A DNA stretch of 64,000 nt from Candidatus Micrarchaeota archaeon (GCA_021814005.1 JAKAJC010000002.1:4325-68324), one strand, 5' to 3'. Counted from the first letter of the stretch, positions 52,299 to 62,425 are shown. A program made the numbers and translations. Notes: a model not told the origin generated them from the sequence alone.

Positions 52299-52898
52299 TT
52301 ACTTCTCTTTCTTTTCCTTCTTGGCGGGCTTGGCCTCTGTCTTGGTGTCCTCGCCGCTCTTGTCTCTCACTGCAATCCAGTCCTCCTTTCCAAGGCCTTC
52401 GGGGCGCATGGTGAGGCCGATTTTGGTGTCAGAGAGCGTGGCCTTTATCGACACAGTCGAAATCTTGGCCAGCACGTGGTCGCCTTTCTTGAGAATCTTT
52501 TTGCTCTCCTTGCCTGTGAAAGCGGGAATCTTCTTGTTGTATGTCAGGAAATCGTTTGCAATCTGTGAGAGGTGCACAAGGCCCTCCAACGAGCCGATTT
52601 GCACGAACGCGCCGAACTCGACCAGCTCGGCCACCTCGGCTTCCAGCACTTCGTTGACGCTCGGCATGTAAGCAAGAGCGTCAAAGCTGACATCATAATA
52701 TGCGGCCGGGTCGGACGGGATTACCAGTCCGTCGCCCTGCGGGCGGATGTTCCAAATTGAGAGCACCATTCCGTGCTCCTTGTCTATGCGGCGCTCGTAG
52801 CGCTCGCGCAGGATCTGACGTAAGCCGTCCCCTAATTTCATGGTGAAATTCTGGGCAGGCAGCCGGACGCGGTCTGTTACGGTGACGATTTGATACAT
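52299..52898 (-). CDS. rpoE: DNA-directed RNA polymerase subunit E' (Rpb7 homologue, S1 domain)
   Basis: N-terminal MYQIVTVTDRVRLPAQNF... then an S1 domain (EVLEAEVAELVEFGAFVQIG...GLVHLSQI) and a Lys-rich tail. It is adjacent to spt4, as in most archaea. Confidence 0.85.
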   Translation of the reverse strand: MYQIVTVTDRVRLPAQNFTMKLGDGLRQILRERYERRIDKEHGMVLSIWNIRPQGDGLVIPSDPAAYYDVSFDALAYMPSVNEVLEAEVAELVEFGAFVQIGSLEGLVHLSQIANDFLTYNKKIPAFTGKESKKILKKGDHVLAKISTVSIKATLSDTKIGLTMRPEGLGKEDWIAVRDKSGEDTKTEAKPAKKEKKEK

Positions 52899-53019
52899 GG
52901 AGTAATCACCAAAAATCGTAAGTGTGCCTGCCGCTTATACTCGACCAAACTTTATAAATACGCCGTGAGAGCCGGCCGCGCCGAAAAGAGACTGCGAACG
53001 GCCTGCTCCCCGAACTCTT

Positions 53020-54327
53020 CTACTTTTTTTGTCCGGCCCCACCCGGTTTTTCGTAGGCCGCCATGTCCAAGAGCCCGTGGCCAGAGAAATTGAAGAGCAG
53101 CGTCGCCGCCGCGCCTTTGCGCTTGGCCTCCAGCGCCGTGCGGACCACAGCCGCGATGGCGTGCGTGGTCTCGGGGGCCGGGATGATTCCCTCGCTTTTG
53201 GCGAACAGCTCCGCCATTGGGTTCACGTCGGCCTGCGAAACGGTCTGCGCCTCCACCAATTTGTGCTTCACCATGAGCGACACGCTGGGCGCCGCGCCGT
53301 GGTAGCGCAGTCCGCCGGCGTAAATCGGCGGGGGCATGAAATCCTTTCCAAGAGTGTGCATCTTGATGAGCGGCGTGAGGCCTGCCGAATCGCCGTGGTC
53401 GTATTCGTACTTGCCTTTGGTCAGCGACGGAACGGTGTCCGGCTCGACCGCAATGAGGCGGATGCCGGCCTTCTTGTTCCTGTTTAACTCGTAGAATGGA
53501 AACGCGATGCCGGCGAAGTTGGAGCCGCCGCCGAAGCAGCCGAAGACGTGCGTGGGCGTCTCGTCAGCCATTTTCATCTGTTCGATGCATTCCTGCCCTA
53601 TTATCGTCTGGTGCAAACACACGTGGTTGAGCACGCTGCCCAAAGAATATTTTTTGCCTGTAGTGACTGCGCGCTCAATCGCCTCCGCAATCGCAATTCC
53701 CAAGGAGCCGCTGCTCCTGCCTTCAGCCAGAAACTTCCTGCCAACCTGCGTGGTGTCGGAAGGGGACGGCTTGACGTCGGCTCCGAACATGTTCATCATC
53801 ACCTTGCGGTAGGGTTTCTGCTCATAGCTGCAGCGCACCATGAACACTTCCACGTCCATGCCAAAGAGCATGCCCGCGTATGCCAAAGACGAACCCCACT
53901 GGCCAGCGCCCGTCTCGGTGGCATATCCCTTGACGCCCTCTTTCATTCCATAATAGGCCTGCGCCACCGCCGTGTTGGGCTTGTGCGAGCCGGTGGGGGA
54001 AAGGTCCTCGCGCTTGTAGAATATCTTGACATCGGGCGGCAAGCCGAGATGCTTCTCCAGATTGGTGGCGCGCACCAATGGCCGCGGGCGCAGCAGGCGT
54101 TCGATATACACCTCGCGCAGCTCGGCAGGAATGGGAATGCTGCGGTCATCGTAATTCATCTCCTGCTTGAGCAGTTCGATTGGAAAGAGCGCTGCCATCG
54201 CCTCCAGACTTGCCGGCTCCTTGGTCTTGGGGTCCACATATGGCGGGATTTTTTCCGGCAAATCGGGCAACACGTTGTAGAAACTCTTGGGGAACTCGTT
54301 CTCGTCCAGGTAGATGGCGCGCGACAT
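53020..54327 (-). CDS. trpB2: Tryptophan synthase beta chain-like protein, TrpB2 type
   Basis: TrpB2-specific N-terminal extension (MSRAIYLDENEFPKSFYN...), PLP-lysine region GSHKPNTAV, and GGGSNFAGI. The start is 54327 (MSRAI). Confidence 0.85.
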   Translation of the reverse strand: MSRAIYLDENEFPKSFYNVLPDLPEKIPPYVDPKTKEPASLEAMAALFPIELLKQEMNYDDRSIPIPAELREVYIERLLRPRPLVRATNLEKHLGLPPDVKIFYKREDLSPTGSHKPNTAVAQAYYGMKEGVKGYATETGAGQWGSSLAYAGMLFGMDVEVFMVRCSYEQKPYRKVMMNMFGADVKPSPSDTTQVGRKFLAEGRSSGSLGIAIAEAIERAVTTGKKYSLGSVLNHVCLHQTIIGQECIEQMKMADETPTHVFGCFGGGSNFAGIAFPFYELNRNKKAGIRLIAVEPDTVPSLTKGKYEYDHGDSAGLTPLIKMHTLGKDFMPPPIYAGGLRYHGAAPSVSLMVKHKLVEAQTVSQADVNPMAELFAKSEGIIPAPETTHAIAAVVRTALEAKRKGAAATLLFNFSGHGLLDMAAYEKPGGAGQKK

Positions 54328-54441
54328 ATGGATACCTCTCAACATTTTCTTTTGCCCGCTATCCCTTGAAGGCGTTTTCATTATTAAGCATTTATGAACA
54401 AAAATGGACAATGAAGAAACGAATGGAAAACCGACCCGGAA

Positions 54442-55215
54442 TCAAATTCGGATGCTCATCCTATCCACGGCGGCAGTGCTGGCTGAAAAAATCCTGCGCG
54501 CCGCCGCCTGTGTTTGCAGCCTGTCTCCCTTTGTTTTGCACAGGTTTGCGGCAAAATGGGTGAGGTAGAGGTGCCCCGCGCCCGCATCTTTGGCCGCCTG
54601 CGCGGCCATTTCGGGATTGAGGTGCGGCCATGAGGGGGAGCTGGGCTGGCCGCTCATCAGCCCGCATTCTGTAATAAGAATGTCGGCATTTTTCGCCAGC
54701 GCGCCAAGATTTTCGCACGGGCCGGTGTCTGTGCAATACGCAATAGTCTTTCCTCCCAATTCGAACCTGTACCCCCAGCAGGGGTCTGCGTGCACCAGCG
54801 GCGCGCAGCGCACAGAATATTCGTCAATGCGGTTGTCGCCCTCGCGCAATTCGTTTATCTGCACGTCAAATCCGCTTTTGCGAAGCATATCGTATGATGC
54901 AGTGTAGGGGCTGGCCACCAGAGCGCCCAGCCACTTCTTGGTGCCGGGCATTCCGAAAATTCTTATCTTGTTTTTCATCAGCCTGAATTTGGGCTGTATG
55001 TGCAGGCCGATTGTGTGGTCAAGATGAAAATGCGAAAGAAAAATGTCAATCGGCTTGGAAGAGTCTACTGCATATTCGTCGAGACGCCAAATCCCGTCAC
55101 CTGCATCCAACACAATATATCTTTTTGGTGTCTCGATGAGCGCGCACACAGTGTTTGCAAGCGGAGTGGCGTACCAGCCGTTGGTGCCAAGAAAAACAAG
55201 GCGCATGTCTGTCAT
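54442..55215 (-). CDS. MBL-fold metallo-hydrolase (RNase Z/ElaC-short-like)
   Basis: LVFLGTNGW...HFHLDHTIGL (HxHxDH) and a C-terminal His; 257 aa. Confidence 0.7.
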   Translation of the reverse strand: MTDMRLVFLGTNGWYATPLANTVCALIETPKRYIVLDAGDGIWRLDEYAVDSSKPIDIFLSHFHLDHTIGLHIQPKFRLMKNKIRIFGMPGTKKWLGALVASPYTASYDMLRKSGFDVQINELREGDNRIDEYSVRCAPLVHADPCWGYRFELGGKTIAYCTDTGPCENLGALAKNADILITECGLMSGQPSSPSWPHLNPEMAAQAAKDAGAGHLYLTHFAANLCKTKGDRLQTQAAARRIFSASTAAVDRMSIRI

Positions 55216-55225
55216 TTCATTCCCT

Positions 55226-55795
55226 CTACGCTCTCCACTTTATCGAGCAGCCGCGGCTCGGCTTGAATCCGCCCGAAGGCATGCGGCCCATCAAAATGTC
55301 GTCGAGCGCAAAAGCCAAATCAGTTGTCGTGGGCTGCGCTTCAGGGCTCATCGCGTCATCTATTCTTCCGTGATATGCAAGCCTCATGCCGGAATCAAAT
55401 ATGAACGGGTCGGGCGTGCAGACCGCGCCGTATGTTTTGGCAACGCTCTGGCTCTCGTCAAACAAATAGGGGAATCTTATCTGGTTTTCAGAAACAAATT
55501 TCTTCATGTGCTCAAAATCATCCTCGGGATATTCGGGGTTGTTGTTTGAATTGATGCCAACAAAAGCCACATTGCGCGGCCTGTAAGTTTCATAGAGCTT
55601 TTTCATGCTGGGCAGTTTTGCAAGCACATATGGGCAGTGGTTGCACATGAAGAAAATCACAAGCGCGTTTGCCTGCTCGAACTCCCCAAGCGAGTGTATC
55701 TTGCCGTCTGTGCCGGACAGCGAGAATGCCGGAGCCGGCTGGCCTATTTTGAGCTTTTGCGCGGATTCAGTCAGCACCATAAACGCACCCTGCAT
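55226..55795 (-). CDS. Thioredoxin-fold protein (redoxin/TlpA-like, CxxC = CNHC)
   Basis: ALVIFFMCNHCPYVLAKLPSMKKLYETY places a Cys pair in a thioredoxin-like context; 189 aa. Confidence 0.6.
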   Translation of the reverse strand: MQGAFMVLTESAQKLKIGQPAPAFSLSGTDGKIHSLGEFEQANALVIFFMCNHCPYVLAKLPSMKKLYETYRPRNVAFVGINSNNNPEYPEDDFEHMKKFVSENQIRFPYLFDESQSVAKTYGAVCTPDPFIFDSGMRLAYHGRIDDAMSPEAQPTTTDLAFALDDILMGRMPSGGFKPSRGCSIKWRA

Positions 55796-55904
55796 GCATC
55801 AGGACATCAATTAAGATAAACCCGCCGGCAACCATAAAGTAAGCCGTATCCGGAGCGGATAACGAACATTTATTAACCTAAAATACCACAATAATATCAT
55901 CTCT

Positions 55905-56606
55905 ATGCGCCCGAAATTACTCCTGTCTACAGTCGGATTGGGCCTTCTGCTCAGCACAGCCACTCTCAAATCACAGGAGAAAATCTTCAATTATGCGTCC
56001 GACAAGCGGGAAGTTGCAGCCAAGACAATTGATGTCGGCAAGTCCAAACTCTTTACAGCCCCGATTTGCGCCGACTCGCTGAAAAACTGGCCTGTTTGGA
56101 GCAAGGCTCCGGTGGATTCCCTCTATCTCGAGATGATGCGCAGCGCGTTTATCGACGAAATATCCAAAATACGCCTGGAAAGCGGGCAGAGCCCCGTAGT
56201 CTCCGAGCGCCATTTCACCCGCCATGCCCAGAAATATGCCGACACGCTGGCGCTCCTGCCAGACAGCCAAATCAGCCATGACGTGACCGGACAGGCCGAA
56301 CGCCTCTCATGGCTGCTGCCATTTGCAAAAAGCGTGCGCGAATGCATTCACCGCGGTTCTGTTTTCACCTCGATATCGGACACTTCGGCCATCTTGTCTG
56401 AAATCCGCCAGTCCGCGCGCCGGCTCATGAACAGCCAAAAGCATGCAAAAGCAATTCTCAACCCAAGCCCCGGCCATGGATTGGGCGGCGTTGGAATTGT
56501 TTTCTGCCAAACCCCAAATTCTTCAGGCTACAGGCTTCTTATCGTCTATACCAGGGGTTGCCATCCAATCCAGCCGCTGAATGCAGGCGCCATTGCCGGG
56601 CCTTAG
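55905..56606 (+). CDS. Secreted CAP/SCP/PR-1-like domain protein (YkwD-like)
   Basis: Signal peptide MRPKLLLSTVGLGLLLSTATLKSQ. HAKAILNPSPGHGLGGVGIVF resembles the YkwD-type CAP motif (H..NILNPNF..IGVG). Confidence is moderate-low. Confidence 0.5.
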   Translation: MRPKLLLSTVGLGLLLSTATLKSQEKIFNYASDKREVAAKTIDVGKSKLFTAPICADSLKNWPVWSKAPVDSLYLEMMRSAFIDEISKIRLESGQSPVVSERHFTRHAQKYADTLALLPDSQISHDVTGQAERLSWLLPFAKSVRECIHRGSVFTSISDTSAILSEIRQSARRLMNSQKHAKAILNPSPGHGLGGVGIVFCQTPNSSGYRLLIVYTRGCHPIQPLNAGAIAGP

Positions 56607-56676
56607 CTGCTTGCGCATTCACGTCTTTCGGGCCCCATAACGCACTCTTATAAACGGGCTTTGGGAAATCAAATCC

Positions 56677-58752
56677 ATGTGGCTTCTGCAGGCTGAAATC
56701 TTCAAGCGGGGCGGGCCGGCGCAGAAACAGCCATCCCCATTTTCAGAACAGGGCCTGTCTGTGCAGGGCCTTCAGGCGCAGGATGTTTTCTTCTGCGGCT
56801 GGGATTATGCATCCAAGCCCCTGCCTCCCCTCGCATCCATTTTCAAGCCAGACCCCAACTTCGTGCTGCAGGACCCGTCAGTCATTAAGATTTCGGGCAA
56901 CTCGCTCGTCACCTCAATCACTGTGCAGGGGGTGCAAAAGCAGCAGTTTGAAATGCCGTCCTACGTGGCCGGAACGCGCTCCAAGGTAAAGCACACCGGA
57001 CAGGCTGCAGACGCAATCCGCGACCTCGACGAGCGGCTTGCCGAGTACGGCCACCTGTCAGGCGGAGAGAGAATAGTCGTCCAGCTGCCCCTCGAGCTGG
57101 CCGGCGCGGCAGGCCAGCAAATCAACGATGACGTTAGAAACACCCTGATTTCGGGAGTCAAGCGCTCGATTCAGCGCCATGCCGGCGTGGCAGATGCTGA
57201 CGCCTACATGCAGGCAAATAACATCGAAATCGAGGTGCGCGCAGGCACGGTGTCGGGGCCCCAGTTCGCGGCCTCTGTGCTGCGCCTGGATTTGGATGCA
57301 GCCGGATTTGACGCGCTCAAAAAAGGCCTGGCCGAATACGCCGTTCTTCCGCCCGAAACAATCGCATTGATTCATGGGGCCAAAACCGGGCAGGAGCTGG
57401 CCAAAATACTGGGCGCCAACCAGGGCCCGGTGCAGTTTAATCAGGGATATCAGAAATATCCTGTCATCGACCGAGTCTTCGACCTCTCGCGGCAGGTTGT
57501 GGTTTACAATCCGTTCGAATTCCATGTTGAAGTGCAGGCAGACGAAATCAGGGTGCGGCTGCAGCACCAGCCCAACGACCCGTCTAAAATATCAAAACGA
57601 TTCGAGGAGCTCAACAACCAGCGGGTTTTCCTCTTCTCCTACGACGCCAACGGAAACGAAATCCGCACCCAGTGCAAGTTTGTTTACAGCAAATCAAACG
57701 GCGAGGCAAGCGTGTGCGACAACTCCGGCAGGCCGGTCCCGCTCAGCTCGTTTTTGGCCGGCAGCACGGAGCGCCCGGTTCCGGTCGGCTCCAGCATCGC
57801 GCTCTCGCTCGAAGGGGTGAATATCGAGTACCGCCTCTTCAAGATTGGCGAGACGCGGGTGCCGCCGGTAATCACAAAAACCATTCCAAAAATGCCTCCC
57901 AATGTCCCGCAGTTCTCCGGCCTGCTCTCAAGCGAGCTGTCAATCCAGTACGGCGCGCTGGACAACACCGGCCCGGGTTTCAAGGACAAAGACTTCGATT
58001 TGGTGAACAGGGGCATGCAGTCCACCCCGCACTCATTCCCGATAAAAACCGGCACGCAGGACCAGTCGGTCATCGGCATCAACGAGGTGCATGTTGGCAC
58101 CTATCGCGTCGTGATGCAGGAAGAGGGTGACGACTCTTTCAGCATTGTCCTCAAAAACGACCAGTTCGACCGCCTTTCCAGCCCCGGCAACAGGCCAAAA
58201 GACGATTACGGCCGGATTCGCGTGAATGATTTGCTGCACCAGTCAAAACCGCCGTCGCGCGTGGACATCAAAGACCCCCACGTGAAGCATGACTCCAATA
58301 GCTTCTATTACGAAATCTCTGACCCGCTTGTGATGATGGTGGACATCTCAAAGCCGTTGTCGAACTTCCAGTCGCAGGGCGGGGAAGTGAAGACTGCCGC
58401 GCTGCAGATGTTTGTGGACGACTTCCAGGCCCGCAAATGGGGCAGCCATTTCACAGTCATGCTCAACGGCATGCCTGCGCCTTTCATCTCCAATGTGCTC
58501 AACCAGCTGGACCAGTCGGGCCCGGTGGAGCAGATGGTAACGATTCCAATCCCGCCCGAATATATCGATGCAATCAAAAGCGGCAAGCTGACCATCTCAA
58601 TCAACGAGACTACTGGCAAGGGAGACGGCTATGCTATAGACGCGCTCTTTTTGTACATCAACCCGGACCAGGCCATGCTGGACAAGCAGGCGGCGACCGA
58701 AGCCAGAAGCAGGACGGCCACACCGCAGAACCAGCCAGGCAGACGCCGCTAG
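56677..58752 (+). CDS. Large orphan protein (691 aa), no recognisable domain, no TM/signal, no NTPase motifs
   Basis: Long ORF with coherent composition and no overlapping plausible alternative. The N-terminal start is uncertain. It ends 67 bp before orc1/cdc6-2. Confidence 0.5.
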   Translation: MWLLQAEIFKRGGPAQKQPSPFSEQGLSVQGLQAQDVFFCGWDYASKPLPPLASIFKPDPNFVLQDPSVIKISGNSLVTSITVQGVQKQQFEMPSYVAGTRSKVKHTGQAADAIRDLDERLAEYGHLSGGERIVVQLPLELAGAAGQQINDDVRNTLISGVKRSIQRHAGVADADAYMQANNIEIEVRAGTVSGPQFAASVLRLDLDAAGFDALKKGLAEYAVLPPETIALIHGAKTGQELAKILGANQGPVQFNQGYQKYPVIDRVFDLSRQVVVYNPFEFHVEVQADEIRVRLQHQPNDPSKISKRFEELNNQRVFLFSYDANGNEIRTQCKFVYSKSNGEASVCDNSGRPVPLSSFLAGSTERPVPVGSSIALSLEGVNIEYRLFKIGETRVPPVITKTIPKMPPNVPQFSGLLSSELSIQYGALDNTGPGFKDKDFDLVNRGMQSTPHSFPIKTGTQDQSVIGINEVHVGTYRVVMQEEGDDSFSIVLKNDQFDRLSSPGNRPKDDYGRIRVNDLLHQSKPPSRVDIKDPHVKHDSNSFYYEISDPLVMMVDISKPLSNFQSQGGEVKTAALQMFVDDFQARKWGSHFTVMLNGMPAPFISNVLNQLDQSGPVEQMVTIPIPPEYIDAIKSGKLTISINETTGKGDGYAIDALFLYINPDQAMLDKQAATEARSRTATPQNQPGRRR

Positions 58753-58818
58753 ATTTTTCTCCACCCAAAAACCCTGACACTTTCGTCAGTTTGATAAACC
58801 TCCTCCTCCTTCTGCATC

Positions 58819-59931
58819 TTGATGGCCTCAAACATTTTCAAGCAGATGGCGTCCTCGGGCGGCATCTTCCGTGACGAGTCGGTGCTGCAGCCCGATTTTC
58901 TCCCCGAAGAAATGCCTGGCCGCGAGCGGCAGATGCGCGATTTGGCCTCATTTCTGCAGCCCGTCACCCGCAATCAGGCGCCCTCAAGCGTTCTCATAGT
59001 GGGCTCGCCCGGGCTTGGCAAAACCACCATGGCAAAGCTTGTGCTAAAGCAGCTTGGCGAGGTTTCCAAGCGCGCCCTGCCCATTTACATCAACTGCTGG
59101 GAAACCTCCACCCGTTTCGGCATACTCAACGAGCTGGTTACTGCTTTGGGCGACATGCTGCCGCGGCGCGGCATAGCAGTCGACGAAGTGGTTGCGCGGC
59201 TCAAGGAAATCGGGCGGCGCGAGCAGTGCCCGCTTCCAATTGTTGTGCTGGACGAGGTTGACCGCCTTCTTGCCTCAAACGCGCGCGAAGACCAGGTGCT
59301 CTATGATTTGTCGCGCAGCGCCGAGGCGCTCGGCCTGCCCTGCGCTGTCATCGGCATCACAAACGATGTCGAGCTGCCAATGAAACTGGACGCGCGCGTG
59401 CGCTCCTCCCTTACAAACCATGTCATCAATTTCTCGCCCTACAACCCGACCGAGCTGAAAAGCATTCTAGGCGAGAGGGCGAAGCGGGCTTTCCAGCCCT
59501 CAGCCCTTGATTCCGAAGTCATTCCCCTGTGCGCCGCAGTGGGGGCAAAGGCGGGCGGAGACGCGCGCATTTCCATTCATCTTCTCTGGGCAGCGGCACG
59601 GGCAGCCGACAGCGAGGGGGCATCAAAAGTCGGCATTGCGCATGTCAAGGCAATGCAGGCCTCGGCGCTTGAAGCAGCCGCCATTCCGGCTTCGCGCAAA
59701 ATAAATGATTTGGACGAGATGGACCGCAAGCTGGTTCAGCTGATTTCAAAATCCGCCGATTCAGGCCTTTCATCTGGCGAGCTTTATGCAAAGCTCAAGG
59801 CCGGAGAGGCCGAACAGCGCACTTTGCGCAACCGCCTCGCGCGCCTTGAAAAAGGCGGGCTTATCACAGGCGAGGAAATCGACAAGGCCGGCGGGCATAC
59901 GCGCAGATGGAAGATTCGAAAGACTGCATAA
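58819..59931 (+). CDS. Orc1/Cdc6 replication initiator (paralogue 2)
   Basis: Walker A VGSPGLGKTT, Walker B VVLDEVDRL, and a C-terminal winged helix (…RLEKGGLITGEEIDKAGGHTRRWKI); 370 aa. Confidence 0.85.
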   Translation: MMASNIFKQMASSGGIFRDESVLQPDFLPEEMPGRERQMRDLASFLQPVTRNQAPSSVLIVGSPGLGKTTMAKLVLKQLGEVSKRALPIYINCWETSTRFGILNELVTALGDMLPRRGIAVDEVVARLKEIGRREQCPLPIVVLDEVDRLLASNAREDQVLYDLSRSAEALGLPCAVIGITNDVELPMKLDARVRSSLTNHVINFSPYNPTELKSILGERAKRAFQPSALDSEVIPLCAAVGAKAGGDARISIHLLWAAARAADSEGASKVGIAHVKAMQASALEAAAIPASRKINDLDEMDRKLVQLISKSADSGLSSGELYAKLKAGEAEQRTLRNRLARLEKGGLITGEEIDKAGGHTRRWKIRKTA

Positions 59932-59948
59932 TTTTGCGGTGAAACACC

Positions 59949-60791
59949 ATGCTTCGCATCGGACCGGCCGGCATTCCGCATTCCACCCCCAGCCCCGGCG
60001 GCACGCTCGAGGGCGTGCGCCACTGCCGCAAAATCGGGCTGGGCGCGATGGAAGTGGAATTTGTGCAGGGCGTGCGCATGAAAGACGAGCTGGCCGAAAC
60101 GGTTGGCGAGGAGTCGCTGCGCACCGATGTTTCCCTCTCTGTCCATGCGCCCTATTTCATCAACCTGTGCAGCGACGAAGAGTCGAAGCTGGCAAATTCG
60201 CGCAGGCACATCCTGCAGTCTGCGCGCGCCGCCCATCTCATGCACGCCTCACCCGTAGTGTTTCACCCCGGATTTTATCAGGGAAGGCCGAAGGCGGAAT
60301 GCGCAAAGAGGGCGAAAAAAGAATTGCAGCGCGTGATTGATGAAATGCAGCAGGTCGGCTGGACTGACGTTGTTCTGGGGCCGGAGCTGACGGGCAAAAA
60401 GAGCGCCTATGGAGACCTTGATGAAATTATCGAGCTGTCACGCCATTTCGGAATCAAGGCCGTGCAGCCTGTCGTCGACTTCGGCCACTACCATGCGCGC
60501 ATTGCAAGGCTGAAGCGCTCCGACGACTTTGTCAAAATACTTGAGCAGGCCGAAAAAGTCCTCGGCTCGGACTACAAACAGGCATTCCACTGCCATTATT
60601 CCGAAATCCAGTTCACTGATGCGGGTGAGGGAAAGCATCTTCCAATCGGCATGGGCGGGCCGCCGTTTGCCCCTCTATTGGCTGCTCTTGAGGAGCGCGG
60701 CTACACCGGCAAAATAATCTGCGAATCACCCAAATTGGAAGAGGACGCGCTGATAATGCAAAAAGCATACGACAAAATGAGGACGAAATAA
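59949..60791 (+). CDS. nfo: AP endonuclease family 2 / endonuclease IV-like TIM-barrel protein
   Basis: MLRIGPAGIP...LEGVRHCRKIGLGAMEVEF, SVHAPYFINLCS (Nfo HAPYLINLA-like) and a C-terminal His/Asp/Glu metal ligand pattern. Confidence 0.65.
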   Translation: MLRIGPAGIPHSTPSPGGTLEGVRHCRKIGLGAMEVEFVQGVRMKDELAETVGEESLRTDVSLSVHAPYFINLCSDEESKLANSRRHILQSARAAHLMHASPVVFHPGFYQGRPKAECAKRAKKELQRVIDEMQQVGWTDVVLGPELTGKKSAYGDLDEIIELSRHFGIKAVQPVVDFGHYHARIARLKRSDDFVKILEQAEKVLGSDYKQAFHCHYSEIQFTDAGEGKHLPIGMGGPPFAPLLAALEERGYTGKIICESPKLEEDALIMQKAYDKMRTK

Positions 60792-60811
60792 AACGGGGCC
60801 GGGGTGGTGTC

Positions 60812-61405
60812 ATGGATTCAGACCAGATTGCCCGCATCGGATACAACCTTCTCGCGCCGTTCTACGATTTCTTTTTGGGCTCTGATTCGAAAATAGGGCT
60901 GCATATGCGCCAAGACATAGCCCGCCGCCTTGAACTTCGCAAAGGAGCCCGCATTCTCGAAGTGTCTGTAGGCACAGGGGCAAATCTTCCCTTCATCTAC
61001 AAAAAAATCGGCAGGACAGGCAAAATATTCGGGCTCGACATTTCGGAAGGAATGCTTGCCAAATGCCGTGAAAATATTGTCAAAAAAGGCATTCCGGCCC
61101 AGCTTGTCTTGGGCAATGCCAATAATCTGCCATACAAAGACAACAGCTTTGACGCCGTGCTGCATTTCGGCGCAATAAATTTTTTCTCAAACAAGCGCAA
61201 GGCAATATCTGAAATGGTGCGGGTGGCAAAGCCGGGGGCGAAAATAGTGATAGGCGATGAGCGCCTTCCCCTCATGCGCAGCACCGAGCCGCCAGTAAAC
61301 CTGATTCCAAAAAACGCTGTCAATCTCGGGGTGAGCGAGGAAAAACTAATCTTTCAGGGCTTCTGGATGCTCGAATTGCGAAAATTGCGAAAAGCAGAGA
61401 AATAA
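60812..61405 (+). CDS. Class I SAM-dependent methyltransferase (Methyltransf_11/UbiE-like)
   Basis: ILEVSVGTGANL (motif I), GLDISEGML (post-I) and FDAVLHFGAINF. Confidence 0.75.
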   Translation: MDSDQIARIGYNLLAPFYDFFLGSDSKIGLHMRQDIARRLELRKGARILEVSVGTGANLPFIYKKIGRTGKIFGLDISEGMLAKCRENIVKKGIPAQLVLGNANNLPYKDNSFDAVLHFGAINFFSNKRKAISEMVRVAKPGAKIVIGDERLPLMRSTEPPVNLIPKNAVNLGVSEEKLIFQGFWMLELRKLRKAEK

Positions 61406-61408
61406 TTC

Positions 61409-62416
61409 TCAAACCATCTCGAACAAGTCGAGGCGCATTTCCACTCCCAGAGCTCCGGCCAGCGCGCCTGCAGTCACAATGCTTATCACAAGCGAAATTA
61501 GGGGATAAACAATTGCGTAAAGATTTAGCACGCCCAAAAATGCTGCCACGGGAGCGTAAAGATTTAGCGAGCGGGCGGCCAAATCCTTGCCGTCCACCCC
61601 CATTGTCGCATTCATCATGTCGCCGGGCTTGTCCCAGTCAATGATTGGCAGTGTCTGCATCACCGCCTTCTCATTCTGCGTCCATGCGTCCATCACCGCC
61701 CCCTGTGCCGCGGCCAGCGGCCCGCCGGCCACTAGCGCCGCATAGAGCATCGGATAAACAAGGAAAAACGCAATTGCCGCGCCCATTATCGCCGCGCCAA
61801 GCTTTCGCGTTGGGAAAAACATGCGCAGCAAAAGGCCGGCAGGCAGGAACAGGTTGAATCCCTGCATTGCAGTCATAGCCAGAAATTCGCGCTGTGTCTG
61901 CAAAAGCGCCTGCGTGTTTGCAAGAGATGCGGCCCAGTCTGCATAAGTTCGCGCCGGCCATTCCAGAGCCTTGAACGGGGTGGAAGTGAGCACATTGGCA
62001 GAAAGAGTGAGGCCAGACAAATAAGCAAATTTGTATGAGTGGCTCATGAGCGCCATGCTCACATTCTGCGCCCCGCCGGCCGCCTGCTCAAGTGTGCAGA
62101 GCGATGCATTCATTGCAGAATGCGTTGCTGCCGAAGAAATGTTGGCTGTTGTGTTGCAGTTGAGAATTGTGCCTGCCGGCACTGTGGATGAAACAAACAC
62201 GCTGGATGTCACGGTGAGGCCGACAAGCGCGCCCAGAATGGCGGCATTGAATATTGCCTGCCCCAATTCTTCGGCCCCCCACGCCCACAGCTTGCGGCTG
62301 CCCAAAGCCCTGCCTATGCCCAAGGCAATGCCCGCGAAAAGAATGCTGATAACGACTAAATCAATTGCCAAAGTCCAGGCCGAGCCGCCTGGTGCGAGTT
62401 CGGCAGCCAAAGCCAT
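61409..62416 (-). CDS. Polytopic membrane protein, unknown function (third gene of a 3-gene membrane operon)
   Basis: 335 aa, about 7 TM helices, with a central Ser/Thr/Asn/Cys-rich extracytoplasmic loop. It lies 9 bp after the upstream small gene. Confidence 0.5.
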   Translation of the reverse strand: MALAAELAPGGSAWTLAIDLVVISILFAGIALGIGRALGSRKLWAWGAEELGQAIFNAAILGALVGLTVTSSVFVSSTVPAGTILNCNTTANISSAATHSAMNASLCTLEQAAGGAQNVSMALMSHSYKFAYLSGLTLSANVLTSTPFKALEWPARTYADWAASLANTQALLQTQREFLAMTAMQGFNLFLPAGLLLRMFFPTRKLGAAIMGAAIAFFLVYPMLYAALVAGGPLAAAQGAVMDAWTQNEKAVMQTLPIIDWDKPGDMMNATMGVDGKDLAARSLNLYAPVAAFLGVLNLYAIVYPLISLVISIVTAGALAGALGVEMRLDLFEMV

Positions 62417-62425
62417 ATCTTGGCC

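Noticed and set aside
61409-62416. 335-aa membrane protein considered as a possible archaeosortase
   Set aside because: It has no Cys-Ser-Gly-type active-site context and no conserved Arg in the expected loop. Its Cys residues are in an S/T/N-rich loop with different spacing.
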